Part shown: positions 21,016 through 31,062 of the stretch, one piece after another | Position numbering within the stretch: the first letter of the stretch is position 1 | Layout of the letters: every line of letters begins with the position of its first letter | NCBI GenBank assembly: GCA_900549955.1 | Contig: URQH01000004.1 | Location: forward strand, 5,121-69,120 | DNA: 64,000 bases | Reading direction: 5' to 3' | DNA from: an uncultured Eubacteriales bacterium | GTDB lineage: Bacteria; Bacillota; Clostridia; Christensenellales; CAG-138 | Made by a program: the position numbers and the translations under genes | The notes under the pieces: generated by a model | Seen by the model: only the letters and a program-made list of their open reading frames with translations | The model's database searches: none | Told to the model about the DNA's origin: nothing

Positions 21016-22342
21016 GGGAATTTCTTCCAAGCTGCAAGGCGTGTTCAAAAAACTGACGGGGCGCGGCAAGCTGAGCGAGAAAGACGTGCGCGATGCCATG
21101 CGCGAGATCAAGCTCGCCCTGCTGGAAGCGGACGTAAACTTTCTTGTGGTCAAAGACTTCGTCAAGACGGTGACGGAGCGCGCCGTGGGCGCAGAAGTGC
21201 TGGAGAGCCTGACGCCGGGGCAACAGGTGATCAAGATCGTCAACGAGGAGCTGACGCGGCTCATGGGCGGCACCGGCTCCAAGCTGGACTTTGGCAGCAC
21301 CAAACCGGCGGTCATCCTGATGGCCGGTTTGCAGGGCGCGGGCAAGACCACGATGTGCGGCAAGCTTGCGGGTCTGATGAAAAAACAGTACGGCAAGACG
21401 CCCATGCTCGTGGCTTGCGACATTTACCGGCCGGCTGCCATCCAGCAGCTGCAGATCGTGGGCGAAAAGGTCGGCGTTCCCGTGTTTGAGCGTGGACAGA
21501 GCGACCCGGTGGAGACGGCAAAGCTCGCTATTGCCAAGGCGCAGCACGATTTTTGCGACGTGGTGTTGCTCGACACGGCCGGCCGCCTTCATATTGATGC
21601 CGACATGATGGAGGAGCTGCGCAGGATCCGCGACACGGTGCATCCGTGTGAGGTGCTGCTCGTCGTGGACGCGATGACCGGCCAGGACGCCGTCAACGTC
21701 GCGCGGCAGTTTAACGAATCAATTGAACTTACCGGCGTCGTACTCACCAAGCTCGATGGCGATACCCGCGGTGGCGCGGCTCTTTCGGTTCGAGCCGTGA
21801 CCGGCAAGCCGATCAAGTTTGCAGGCGTGGGAGAGAAACTCACCGATATCGAGCTGTTCCACCCAGATCGCATGGCTTCCCGCATCCTGGGCATGGGCGA
21901 CGTGCTTTCCCTGATTGAGAAAGCGCAGTCCGCGTTCGATGAGAAAAAGGCTGCGGAGCTGCAGAGCAAGCTCCGCACCGACTCTTTTACGCTGGACGAC
22001 TTTCTCGAGCAGATGGATCAGCTGCAGAACATGGGCTCCATGCAGGATATTCTGGGCATGCTGCCCGGGGTCAATGCGGGGCAGCTGGGCAACCTGCAGG
22101 TGGACGAGAAGGCCATGGCTCGCACGCGTGCAATCATCTGCTCCATGACGCGGCGCGAGCGCGCCAATCCGGACATTCTGAACGCCAGCCGCCGGCGGCG
22201 TATTGCAAAAGGCAGCGGCACGACCGTGCAGGAGGTCAACCGTCTCATGAACCAGTTTGCAGCCTCTCGCAAGCTCATGAAGCAGATGACGGGCGGGCGT
22301 TTCAAAAAGGGCCGCCGCGGCGGCTTCCCATTCGGATTTTAA
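21005..22342 (+). CDS. ffh: signal recognition particle protein Ffh
   Basis: GLQGAGKTTMCGKLA, DTAGRLH, TKLDGDTRGG, and a Met-rich M domain. Confidence 0.97.
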   Translation: MAFEGISSKLQGVFKKLTGRGKLSEKDVRDAMREIKLALLEADVNFLVVKDFVKTVTERAVGAEVLESLTPGQQVIKIVNEELTRLMGGTGSKLDFGSTKPAVILMAGLQGAGKTTMCGKLAGLMKKQYGKTPMLVACDIYRPAAIQQLQIVGEKVGVPVFERGQSDPVETAKLAIAKAQHDFCDVVLLDTAGRLHIDADMMEELRRIRDTVHPCEVLLVVDAMTGQDAVNVARQFNESIELTGVVLTKLDGDTRGGAALSVRAVTGKPIKFAGVGEKLTDIELFHPDRMASRILGMGDVLSLIEKAQSAFDEKKAAELQSKLRTDSFTLDDFLEQMDQLQNMGSMQDILGMLPGVNAGQLGNLQVDEKAMARTRAIICSMTRRERANPDILNASRRRRIAKGSGTTVQEVNRLMNQFAASRKLMKQMTGGRFKKGRRGGFPFGF

Positions 22343-22412
22343 CAGCGGTCGAACAACGGCTTTGCCGTTTTCGCAATAGAACAACACAGAAACTTTTGGG
22401 AGGAACACCGAC

Positions 22413-22655
22413 ATGTTGAAGATCAGACTGCGCAGAATGGGCGCAAAGAAAGCTCCTTTTTACCGCATCATCGTTGCGGATTCCCGTGCGCCCCGCGATG
22501 GCGCGTTTGTGGAAGAGCTGGGCTATTACAACCCGCTGACCGATCCGGTGGAGCTGAAGGTCGATGCGGAGCGTGCGGCGCACTGGATCAAGAACGGCGC
22601 CCAGCCCACCGATACCGTGCGCGCCCTGCTCAAGAAGAGCGGCGCATTGGAATGA
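22413..22655 (+). CDS. rpsP: 30S ribosomal protein S16
   Basis: [30 protein letters not shown]... Confidence 0.96.
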   Translation: MLKIRLRRMGAKKAPFYRIIVADSRAPRDGAFVEELGYYNPLTDPVELKVDAERAAHWIKNGAQPTDTVRALLKKSGALE

Positions 22656-22762
22656 GAAAATCGGCAGAGACGTGGCGTTCCGGCACTGGCTGCTTTGTGG
22701 CGGCCGGGACGCCGTGCGTTTCGGCAGAAAGGAAGCTTCCATAGGCGAAGCGTGGTAAAGAC

Positions 22763-22990
22763 ATGGACGAACTGGTCAGATTTATTGCAAAGAGCCTTGT
22801 GGATGATCCGGAGGCTGTACAGGTGGAGACCAAGCAGGATGGCGAGTATACCGTCATTGAGCTGCACGTTGCGCCGGGGGACATGGGCAAGGTAATCGGC
22901 AAACAGGGCAGGATTGCCAAAGCCATCCGCACGGTCGTCAAGGCGGCATCCACCCGTGAAAACGCGAAGTACATGGTGGAGATCGTTTGA
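22763..22990 (+). CDS. KH domain RNA-binding protein (YlqC-like)
   Basis: 75 aa with the GDMGKVIGKQGRIAKAIRTV KH motif. Conserved position between rpsP and rimM. Confidence 0.88.
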   Translation: MDELVRFIAKSLVDDPEAVQVETKQDGEYTVIELHVAPGDMGKVIGKQGRIAKAIRTVVKAASTRENAKYMVEIV

Positions 22991-23508
22991 ATAGCGAGCA
23001 GTACCTGCGCATTGGGCAGATTGTGCGCGCGCATGGCGTACGCGGCGCGGTCAAATTGCTTCCGACGACGGATGACGTCGAGCGGTTTCGCGGCCTCGGC
23101 GAAGCCTTTCTCGAGGAGGGCGACGCCTACCGGCCTGTGGAAATCTCCGGCGTCCGGCTGCTGCCGGATGCCGTCGTGCTGCAGATCGGCGGCGTGGACA
23201 GCCGCGAAGCGGCGGACGCGCTGCGCGGCCGGTATCTGTGCGTGGACCGCGCGCATGCCGTACAGCTGCCGCCCGACACGTATTTCGTGGTCGACCTCAT
23301 CGGCTGCGAGACGTTTGACACCGACGGCGCACAATATGGTCGAGTGACCGACGTGTTGGAAACGGGCTATAACGACGTCTATGAAATCGAGCACGGCAAG
23401 CTGATGGTGCCGGCGCTCAAGCGGGTGCTTTCGCTGGTGGATACGGCGCATAAGCGGATTGTGTTCGACGCTGCTGTACTCAAGGAGGTCGGCCTGTTTG
23501 AGGATTGA
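22987..23508 (+). CDS. rimM: 16S rRNA processing protein RimM
   Basis: [18 protein letters not shown] and a PRC barrel. TTG start overlaps the stop of the KH gene. Confidence 0.92.
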   Translation: MNSEQYLRIGQIVRAHGVRGAVKLLPTTDDVERFRGLGEAFLEEGDAYRPVEISGVRLLPDAVVLQIGGVDSREAADALRGRYLCVDRAHAVQLPPDTYFVVDLIGCETFDTDGAQYGRVTDVLETGYNDVYEIEHGKLMVPALKRVLSLVDTAHKRIVFDAAVLKEVGLFED

Positions 23509-24193
23509 CGTGCTTACCCTGTTCCCGGAGATGTTCGGCGGCGTGTTGGGCGCCAGCATGCTGGGCCGTGCGGCGGAAGCGGGCCTGCTGGAATTTCACG
23601 TGCACGACATCCGTGCGTATACGGAAAACAAGCACAAAAAGGCGGACGACTATCCCTTTGGCGGCGGTGCGGGCCTGGTCATGATGGCACAGCCCATTTT
23701 CGACTGCATGGAAGCGGTCTGCGCCATGGATGCGCGCCCGGCGCGGCGGATTTTGCTCACGCCGCGTGGCAGGCTGTTATCCACGTCCCGTGCGCGTGCG
23801 CTGGCGGCGCAGGAGCGACTGGTGCTGCTCTGCGGCCACTATGAAGGCGTGGACGAGCGCGTGATGGCCATCGTCGACGAGGAACTTTCGATCGGGGACT
23901 ATGTGTTGACCGGCGGCGAGCTGCCGGCCATGGTGCTTATCGACTGCGTCAGCCGCTTTATCCCTGGCGTGCTGGGCTGCGAGGAGAGCGCGCAAGACGA
24001 GTCGCACGCCGGCGACGGGCTGCTGGAATACCCGCAGTATACCCGCCCGGCCGAGTTTCGGGGCATGCGCGTGCCGGAGGTGCTGCTTTCCGGCCACCAT
24101 GCCAACATCCAGGCCTGGCGGCGCGAGGCGTCGCTCGAAAAGACGCGGCAAATGCGTCCGGAACTGCTTGGCACGCACGGCCGCACGCGTTGA
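23498..24193 (+). CDS. trmD: tRNA (guanine37-N1)-methyltransferase
   Basis: A TTG at 23498 gives [13 protein letters not shown] (canonical TrmD N-terminus) with GGAGG 9 nt upstream. Also [10 protein letters not shown] and [17 protein letters not shown]. Overlaps rimM by 11 nt. Confidence 0.94.
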   Translation: MRIDVLTLFPEMFGGVLGASMLGRAAEAGLLEFHVHDIRAYTENKHKKADDYPFGGGAGLVMMAQPIFDCMEAVCAMDARPARRILLTPRGRLLSTSRARALAAQERLVLLCGHYEGVDERVMAIVDEELSIGDYVLTGGELPAMVLIDCVSRFIPGVLGCEESAQDESHAGDGLLEYPQYTRPAEFRGMRVPEVLLSGHHANIQAWRREASLEKTRQMRPELLGTHGRTR

Positions 24194-24222
24194 AACAGCC
24201 CGTATTTTGGGCAAATTTAGGG

Positions 24223-24251
24223 TTGCAATCGGTGCGACCCTATGGTATAAT
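24223..24251 (+). promoter_or_regulatory. sigma-A type promoter for rplS
   Basis: TTGCAA, 17-nt spacer, TATAAT, with TGg extended -10. Confidence 0.7.
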
Positions 24252-24264
24252 CGCGTTTGTGACA

Positions 24265-24304
24265 ATGGGCGGTCCACTGTTCGGGACCGGATATGAACGC
24301 CCAT
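24265..24304 (+). promoter_or_regulatory. rplS 5' leader hairpin (possible L19-leader-type autoregulatory element)
   Basis: Nested stems ATGGGCG/CGCCCAT and GGTCC/GGACC lie between the promoter and the rplS RBS. Assignment to the L19 leader family is from position only. Confidence 0.4.
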
Positions 24305-24330
24305 CAGTATAGTGAAGGAGAACAATTTTC

Positions 24331-24690
24331 ATGTCAGACATCATCAGAGAACTGGAAAAAGAGCAGCTTCGCACGGATCTGCCGGAGCTCGAAGTGGGCG
24401 ACACGGTTCGCGTGTTCGTGAAGGTCGTCGAGGGCAATCGCGAGCGTCTGCAGAACTTTGAGGGGATCGTCATCAAGATCCAGGGCGGCGGCGTCCGCAA
24501 GTCGTTTACCGTGCGCCGCATCTCCTACGGCATCGGCGTCGAGAGGACGTTCCCGTATCACAGCCCGCGCATCGGCCGCATCGAAGTGGTTCGTCACGGC
24601 GTTGTGCGCCGCGCAAAGCTCTTCTACCTGCGCGACCGCGCCGGCAAGGCCGCCAAAGTGCGCGAGCGCATTGTGGAAAAGAACAAGTAA
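24331..24690 (+). CDS. rplS: 50S ribosomal protein L19
   Basis: [33 protein letters not shown]... Confidence 0.96.
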   Translation: MSDIIRELEKEQLRTDLPELEVGDTVRVFVKVVEGNRERLQNFEGIVIKIQGGGVRKSFTVRRISYGIGVERTFPYHSPRIGRIEVVRHGVVRRAKLFYLRDRAGKAAKVRERIVEKNK

Positions 24691-24705
24691 GCAAGCCAAT
24701 GCATC

Positions 24706-24742
24706 AAAAACCCCCGCGCCTGGCTGCGTCGGGGTTTTTCCT
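24706..24742 (+). terminator. hairpin terminator/attenuator after rplS
   Basis: AAAAACCCCG ... CGGGGTTTTT: a GC stem flanked by an A-run and a T-run. Confidence 0.55.
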
Positions 24743-24786
24743 TTATGGTGGCCGCGTGGCGGCGCACGACGCGGAAAGGGGAAACG

Positions 24787-25674
24787 ATGGAGGACAACAG
24801 AACGCAAACCCAAATACACTGGTATCCGGGGCACATGGCCAAGGCGCGCCGCATGCTGCAGGAGAATCTCAAGCTGATCGACGTCGTGGTTGAGCTGGTC
24901 GATGCGCGCGCACCTGCCGCAACGCGAAACCCGGATTTTGACGCGCTGTTTCAGAACCGAACGCGCGTCGTGCTGCTCAACAAGAGCGACCTCGCCGACC
25001 CGTCGGTCACGAAGGAGTGGGTCGCCCGCTTTGCCGGGCAGGGCGTGCTGGCGGAGGCCATTGCCGCGGCGGGGAACGCGGCAAAGAAACAGGCCGTGCG
25101 GCTGATTGAACAGGCCGCTGCGCCGCGCGTGGAAAAGATGCGCGCGCGCGGCGTCAACAAGGTCGTGCGGGTCATGGTGGCCGGCATTCCAAATGTTGGG
25201 AAATCCACATTCATCAATCGGATTGCCGGGCAGCAGCGGGCGCAGGTGGGCGACCGGCCGGGGGTAACACGCGGCAAACAGTGGGTGCGGATCACGCCAT
25301 ATCTGGAGCTGATGGATACGCCGGGACTCCTTTGGCCCAAGCTGGAGGTGCCGCGATTTGCGCGCCATTTGGCCTATATCGGCTCCATTCGCGACGAGGT
25401 GACGGAGGCGGACGCGCTGGCGGCGTCGCTGCTGGACGAGCTGTTGCGGCTCTGCCCGGCCGAGGTTGCGGCGCGGTATACGGGGCTTGTGCCGGGCATG
25501 ACGCCGGAACAGCTGCTGGCCGCGGTCTGCCGTTGCCGCAGCTTTTATCTGTCGGGGCAGGCGCCTGATCTGGAGCGTGCGGCGCGCACGGTGCTCGACG
25601 AGTATCGGGCCGGAAAGATCGCTCGCGTGTCGCTGGAGCGGCCGGGGGAGGGTGCCGATGACGAGAATGTCTGA
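24787..25674 (+). CDS. rbgA: ribosome biogenesis GTPase A (YlqF/RbgA)
   Basis: IHWYPGHMAKA and a circularly permuted GTPase (LNKSDL ... GIPNVGKSTFINR ... DTPG). Internal ATG at 24787 preferred over the track start. Confidence 0.92.
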   Translation: MEDNRTQTQIHWYPGHMAKARRMLQENLKLIDVVVELVDARAPAATRNPDFDALFQNRTRVVLLNKSDLADPSVTKEWVARFAGQGVLAEAIAAAGNAAKKQAVRLIEQAAAPRVEKMRARGVNKVVRVMVAGIPNVGKSTFINRIAGQQRAQVGDRPGVTRGKQWVRITPYLELMDTPGLLWPKLEVPRFARHLAYIGSIRDEVTEADALAASLLDELLRLCPAEVAARYTGLVPGMTPEQLLAAVCRCRSFYLSGQAPDLERAARTVLDEYRAGKIARVSLERPGEGADDENV

Positions 25675-26284
25675 AGAGGAACGATTGCGTCTGCTGTCGG
25701 CACGCGACCGCGACTTCTGGTCGCAGCCGGGGTGCGTGCTGGCCGGCATGGACGAGGTGGGGCGCGGCCCGCTGGCCGGACCGGTCGTCGTCTGTTGCGC
25801 GGTGATGCCGCCGGAGCCGCTCGTGCCATATGTCAACGACTCCAAGAAACTGTCGGAGCGGCGGCGCGAATCGGTGTTTGAGGCACTCGTGGCGCACTGT
25901 GTCGCGTGGTCGCTTGCCTGGGTGGGGCCGGAGGTCGTCGACGAGATCAACATTCTGGAGGCGACCAGGCGCGGCTTTGCCGAGGCGTTTTCGCGCATTG
26001 GCACGCCTGTCACCGACGTACTGATCGACGCGCTGACGGGGTTGGATATCCCCGCGCGCCAGCATCCGCTCGTCCACGGCGACGCGCTGTCGTACTCGAT
26101 TGCCGCCGCCTCCATTTTGGCCAAGGTGTCGCGCGACCGCTACATGGTCGAGCAGGATGCGCTGTACCCGCAGTATGGGTTTGCGCGCAACAAGGGGTAT
26201 GGCACGAGAGAACACATCGCGGCGCTGCGCGAGTACGGCCCGTGCCCCATCCACCGCCGCTCCTTTATCGGGAAGTTCCTATGA
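25658..26284 (+). CDS. rnhB: ribonuclease HII
   Basis: AGMDEVGRGPLAGPVV, DSKKLS, and ASILAKVSRD. Start overlaps the rbgA end. Confidence 0.93.
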   Translation: MTRMSEEERLRLLSARDRDFWSQPGCVLAGMDEVGRGPLAGPVVVCCAVMPPEPLVPYVNDSKKLSERRRESVFEALVAHCVAWSLAWVGPEVVDEINILEATRRGFAEAFSRIGTPVTDVLIDALTGLDIPARQHPLVHGDALSYSIAAASILAKVSRDRYMVEQDALYPQYGFARNKGYGTREHIAALREYGPCPIHRRSFIGKFL

Positions 26285-26634
26285 GCACGCGGGATGTGGG
26301 ACAGCACGGCGAACAGCTTGCCCTCCGCTATCTGCGCCGGAAGGGCTATGCGCTGCTGTGCCGCAACTATCGATATGGCCACTATGAGATCGACCTGGTC
26401 ATGCAGGACGGGGACTACGTCGTGTTTGTCGAGGTGAAGGCTCGAACCGATGGGGAGCGGTTTGGCACGCCTGCGATGGCGGTGGGCCGCGAAAAGCAGC
26501 GCTGCCTGCTGCTTGCGGCGCAGGGGTACCTGCTCGAACACGGGTGTGCGGAGAGCCCCGCCCGCTTTGACGTGGTGGAGGTCTATCTCGCCGAGGGGAA
26601 GATTCAACATATTGTAAATGCTTTTTGGGGTTGA
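26281..26634 (+). CDS. yraN: YraN family (UPF0102) endonuclease-like protein
   Basis: GEQLALRYLRRKGYALLCRNYRYGHYEIDLVMQDGDYVVFVEVKAR. ATGA overlap with rnhB. The track ORF start at 25906 is an upstream extension. Confidence 0.9.
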   Translation: MSTRDVGQHGEQLALRYLRRKGYALLCRNYRYGHYEIDLVMQDGDYVVFVEVKARTDGERFGTPAMAVGREKQRCLLLAAQGYLLEHGCAESPARFDVVEVYLAEGKIQHIVNAFWG

Positions 26635-26717
26635 TTGCACTTCTTTTTTGTCTATGCTATAGTGGATTGGGAAATTTTTCTGCTGATGCAGACGAAAAGT
26701 AGAAAAGAAGGGTTTCA

Positions 26718-29700
26718 ATGCGAAAGATAGTTTCCATTCTCCTGATTCTCTGCCTGTTTCTGCCGGCGGCTGCGCTGGCGGACGAGGGGGACCATGTCTC
26801 TGGAGAGAATCTGCTGTATAATCCGGAGTTTACCGATTCCTCCGACCTGCTGCCGCTTCCCGTCGGTTGGACGCTCAGCGCCTACGACTTGAACGACTCT
26901 TCGGTGACGACGGGGCTGTCCGTGGAAGAGGACGGCAGCGTCTCCGTGATGCTATCAAATCTGATCGGAAACGATGCGCGCATCTGTCAGGATGTGGAAG
27001 TGTCGGCCGATACGGTCTATCGCCTGCGCGCTTATGTCAAGACCGAGTCGGTCAGCGGTGGGCAGGGCGCCACGCTGTCCATCGACAATTACAGCATCGA
27101 CGGCTGTTTCTGCTATTCGCAGCCGCTGACGGGCACGACCGACTGGACGGAACTCAGCTTGTACGTGCTGACCGGCGCGCAGCAGACGACGATGCGCGTG
27201 GCACTGCGCCTGGGCGGCTATGGCATGGAGAGCAGCGGCACCGCCTGGTTTTCCGGCGTTTCTCTCTATGCGTGCGACGACGTTGCCTCCGGCACGGTGA
27301 TCGACCTTGCGAGCGCAAAAGGCGCTTCCTCAGGTGGCGAGACGTCGCCGGAAGAGCCTGCTTCCGGCGAAAAATCCCTGTTTGCGCCGATCGTGCTCTG
27401 CAGCCTGGCCGTGCTCGTTGCGCTTGGCGTGCTGTATGTGCATGCGCTGCGCAATGAGGCGGACGGGCTGGGCAACCCGGCCAACCGCACCGCGTCCATC
27501 TGGGGCGTGATGGCGGCGGCGGTGCTGCTTCGCCTGGCGTTGTCGCTGGTGTTCGTGGGGCATAGCACGGATATCAACTGCTTTATGGCGTGGGGCAACG
27601 CGGTCGTCACCGGCGGCACATCCAATTTCTATACGTCCGGCATGTTTGCGGACTATCCGCCCGGCTATATGTATGTCTGCGGCGCGCTGTCGTGGCTGTC
27701 CAGCCTGTTGGGCTTCCCATATGGCAGTGCCGGCATGGTCTTCCTCTTCAAGCTGCCGGGGACGATTGCCGACCTGGTTTCGGCGTATCTGATTTATCGC
27801 ATTGCGCGCCGGCAGGGGATCCGCGAGATCTTCGCGCTCATCCTGCTGGGGCTGGTCGCGCTGAATCCTGCCGCGATGTTCATTTCCGGCGCCTGGGGGC
27901 AAATCGACTCGGTCCTGACGCTCGGGATTGTCGCGGCGTGTTATCTGCTGCTGTCCGGGCGCTATGAGCTCTGCGGTGCGGTGTATGGCCTGGCGATCCT
28001 GATAAAGCCACAGGCGCTGATGTTCGGGCCGCTGCTTGCGGTGGCGTTCCTGACGCAGGTCTTTTCGGGGCCGGATTGGAAAAAACGCCTCGTGCGCACG
28101 GTGCTCGCCGTGCTGGCCGCGCTGGCCGTGCTGCTTGTATTGTCGCTGCCGTTCCGTGGGACGCAGGACTTCTGGTGGCTGATTGGCAAGTATTTTGCAA
28201 CGGCAACTTCTTACGATTATGCGTCGATCGAGGCGTTTAATTTCCCGTCCCTGCTCGGGCTCAACTGGAAGCCGACGGACACGGAGGTGCTCGGCGTTTC
28301 TTACAGGGTTTGGGGCACGGCCGGCATCGTTTTGGCGGTAGCGCTGGGTGCTGTATTGTACGTGTACGCAGTGCGCAGGGCTGGCAAGCAGCTGCCGCCC
28401 GCGGGGGAGCGCGGCGCCCTGCCGTCTGCCGGCGCCGAGCCGCGCCGCCCGGGCGCACTGTACCTGTCCGCCGCCTGCTCGCTTGGGATGATGTTTACGT
28501 TCGGGCAGTACATGCACGAGCGATACCTGTTCCCGGCGCTGTTGCTGCTGCTCATGGCGTATCTGTATGAGCGCGACCGGCGGATTCTGTTCAGCGTTTG
28601 CGGCATCAGCGTGACGCTGCTGCTGAATGCCACGTTTGCCATGTACATCGTCGACCACCAGTCGCTTCGCGGCGCAGCTTACGACGTCGTCACGTTCGCC
28701 GGTTCCGCGTTTGAAGTGGTCAACTTCCTGTACCTACTTTGGATCTCCGTGGATATCCTGATTCGGGATCACATCTGCAAGCCGCTGCCCGCGCCGGATC
28801 GCGCGCGGCCGCTGCCCAAACTGCCCACGGACAATCGGCTGCGCTACACGCGCAAGGACTATGTCCTGCTCCTGGGCCTGACGCTCGTCTATGGCGTCGT
28901 GGCGCTGACCAATCTGGGTACGCTGTCTGCGCCACAGACATATTGGGCGCCGGAAACGCCGGGTGAGACTGTCACGGTGTCGTTCCCCGAGGAGACGACC
29001 GTCGCGGAATACTGGGTCTATGGCAACATCGCCAATGGCGGCACGATGCTTCTGCGCGCCGAAGATGGGCACGAGGAGAGCTATGAACAGCTATACGACA
29101 ACATGTTCCGCTGGCACCGGGTCGAAACCTGGTTTACCACCCGGACGGTAGAGCTGCAGCTCTATTCAGGCGCACTCAAGATCAACGAGATTGCGTTTTT
29201 CGATGAGGACGGCAACCGCATTAGGGCGCAGGTGGTCAACCCCGTCGGCTCGCAGGCGGCGCTCCTGGACGAGCAGGACACTGTGCCGGATTCGCCGTCC
29301 TACTTCAACGGCATGTATTTCGACGAGCTGTACCATGCCCGCACGGCGTATGAACACCTGCACAACTTGTCGCCGTATGAAAACTCGCACCCGCCGCTCG
29401 GCAAACTGATCATCGCCATCGGCATCGCCATATTCGGCATGACCCCGTTTGGCTGGCGGATCATGGGTGCGCTTGTGGGCATCGCGATGCTGCCGGTACT
29501 CTATGCCTTTGGCAAGCGCCTGTTCCATAAGACGGAGTATGCGTTCCTTTGTACCGCGTTGTTCGCGTTCGACTTCATGCACTTTACGCAGACGCGCATC
29601 GCCACCATCGACGTCTACGCCGTGTTCTTCATTCTGTTGATGTACTATTATATGTATCAGTACATCACGATGAATTTCTATGTGGACGAGCTGAAAAAGA

Positions 29701-30584
29701 CCCTGCGGCCACTGGCGCTTTCCGGGCTGTTTTTCGGCCTTGGCGCCGCTTCGAAGTGGACTTGCTTCTATGCGGGCGGCGGGCTTGCGCTACTGTTCTT
29801 TGGCTCGCTCATCGCACGGTTTATCGATCGCAGACGCGCGCTGGCCTACGGAACTGCCAGGGAGCGGGAGCTGGTCGCCACCTTCTGGAAGAACACGTGC
29901 CTGACGCTGCTCTGGTGCAGCCTGTGGTTCCTGCTGGTGCCGGGGCTCATCTATTTCGGCTCCTATCTGCCGTATTACATCTATGAGGCAGGCCAGACGC
30001 AGGGCTATGGCCTGCGGGACGCGTTCGATACCTTCTGGCGCTACCAGAACTTCATGTTCTCGTATCACAGCGGGTTGACGGCTACACACCCGTATCAGTC
30101 GTCCTGGTGGGCATGGCCGCTGACGCTCAAACCCATGTGGTACTATTCCGGCAACGACGCGGCCGCCGGTATCGTCTCCACGCTGACGGCCTCCGGCAAT
30201 CCGGCCGTCTGGTGGGTCAGCACGTTTGGCGCGATTGCCCTGCTGCTGTTGCGTGTGACCCGGCGCATCCAGCCAGATCGGGCGATGCAGGTGTTCTGCA
30301 TCGGCATTTTGGCCAACTACCTGCCCTGGGCGCTCGTGCCGCGCTGCACGTTCATCTACCACTTCTTTGCCACGGTGCCATTTATCCTGATGGCGGCGGT
30401 CTATCTGCTCGAGCGCGGGGAGGAACGGTTTGCCTGGCTGTCGCGTGTGAAGTGGGTCTGGCTTGGGCTGGCGGTGCTGTTGTTTGCGCTGCTGTACCCC
30501 GGCCTGTCCGGGCTCCCGATCCCCGCATGGTGGGGGGCGATCCTCAAACACCTTCCGGGAGGGGCGCTGATGTATGGAGCGTAG
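26718..30584 (+). CDS. 1288-aa membrane glycosyltransferase with two GT-C-like polytopic modules and two extracytoplasmic beta-rich domains
   Basis: Signal peptide, then a ~190-aa CBM-like segment. Polytopic block 1 has DINCFMAWG / FADYPPGYMY. A second soluble segment follows. Polytopic block 2 has YFDELYHARTAYEHL...PYENSHPPLGK (PMT/ArnT-type). Confidence 0.75.
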   Translation: MRKIVSILLILCLFLPAAALADEGDHVSGENLLYNPEFTDSSDLLPLPVGWTLSAYDLNDSSVTTGLSVEEDGSVSVMLSNLIGNDARICQDVEVSADTVYRLRAYVKTESVSGGQGATLSIDNYSIDGCFCYSQPLTGTTDWTELSLYVLTGAQQTTMRVALRLGGYGMESSGTAWFSGVSLYACDDVASGTVIDLASAKGASSGGETSPEEPASGEKSLFAPIVLCSLAVLVALGVLYVHALRNEADGLGNPANRTASIWGVMAAAVLLRLALSLVFVGHSTDINCFMAWGNAVVTGGTSNFYTSGMFADYPPGYMYVCGALSWLSSLLGFPYGSAGMVFLFKLPGTIADLVSAYLIYRIARRQGIREIFALILLGLVALNPAAMFISGAWGQIDSVLTLGIVAACYLLLSGRYELCGAVYGLAILIKPQALMFGPLLAVAFLTQVFSGPDWKKRLVRTVLAVLAALAVLLVLSLPFRGTQDFWWLIGKYFATATSYDYASIEAFNFPSLLGLNWKPTDTEVLGVSYRVWGTAGIVLAVALGAVLYVYAVRRAGKQLPPAGERGALPSAGAEPRRPGALYLSAACSLGMMFTFGQYMHERYLFPALLLLLMAYLYERDRRILFSVCGISVTLLLNATFAMYIVDHQSLRGAAYDVVTFAGSAFEVVNFLYLLWISVDILIRDHICKPLPAPDRARPLPKLPTDNRLRYTRKDYVLLLGLTLVYGVVALTNLGTLSAPQTYWAPETPGETVTVSFPEETTVAEYWVYGNIANGGTMLLRAEDGHEESYEQLYDNMFRWHRVETWFTTRTVELQLYSGALKINEIAFFDEDGNRIRAQVVNPVGSQAALLDEQDTVPDSPSYFNGMYFDELYHARTAYEHLHNLSPYENSHPPLGKLIIAIGIAIFGMTPFGWRIMGALVGIAMLPVLYAFGKRLFHKTEYAFLCTALFAFDFMHFTQTRIATIDVYAVFFILLMYYYMYQYITMNFYVDELKKTLRPLALSGLFFGLGAASKWTCFYAGGGLALLFFGSLIARFIDRRRALAYGTARERELVATFWKNTCLTLLWCSLWFLLVPGLIYFGSYLPYYIYEAGQTQGYGLRDAFDTFWRYQNFMFSYHSGLTATHPYQSSWWAWPLTLKPMWYYSGNDAAAGIVSTLTASGNPAVWWVSTFGAIALLLLRVTRRIQPDRAMQVFCIGILANYLPWALVPRCTFIYHFFATVPFILMAAVYLLERGEERFAWLSRVKWVWLGLAVLLFALLYPGLSGLPIPAWWGAILKHLPGGALMYGA

Positions 30585-31056
30585 TCAGAATACGGGTGAG
30601 GTGCGCCGCACGGCGGTGCAGTTTGTCAAATTTGCGATTGTCGGCGCGCTCAACACGATCGTGGACTTTCTCGTGTTTCAGGCGCTGAACCTGCTGGTGG
30701 GCTGGACGTATCTGGCTCAGGTGATCGGCTACAGTTGCGGCATCATCAACAGCTATGCCTGGAACAGCAACTGGACGTTCCGGAACATGCGCACGCGCAG
30801 CGTCCGGGAGATGGGCACGTTTTTGCTGGTCAATCTCGTGTCCCTCGGCGTGTCGCTGGGGGTCATCTGGCTGTGCCGCAATGTGTTCGTCATCACCGAC
30901 GCATGGGTGGCGTCCTGGATCCCGGCGTTCCTCTCGTCGTTTGTCAAGGGCGATACCGTGTGCAAGCTCATCGCCACGCCGGTAGCGATCGTCGTCAACT
31001 TCATTGGCAACCGGCTGTTTGTGTTTCGGCAAAATCCAGATCAGAAGGGGGCGTAG
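30574..31056 (+). CDS. GtrA family membrane protein
   Basis: 160 aa with 4 predicted TMs. FVKFAIVGALNTIVDFLVFQAL and NFIGNRLFVF are typical of GtrA. Overlaps the preceding gene by 11 nt. Confidence 0.88.
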   Translation: MERSQNTGEVRRTAVQFVKFAIVGALNTIVDFLVFQALNLLVGWTYLAQVIGYSCGIINSYAWNSNWTFRNMRTRSVREMGTFLLVNLVSLGVSLGVIWLCRNVFVITDAWVASWIPAFLSSFVKGDTVCKLIATPVAIVVNFIGNRLFVFRQNPDQKGA

Positions 31057-31062
31057 CGCGCG

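Noticed and set aside
25906-26280. A long upstream extension of the YraN ORF (track ORF 25906-26634) and the overlapping ORF at 25577.
   Set aside because: These are out-of-frame overlaps with rnhB. YraN homology begins at the ATG at 26281, which forms an ATGA junction with the rnhB stop.
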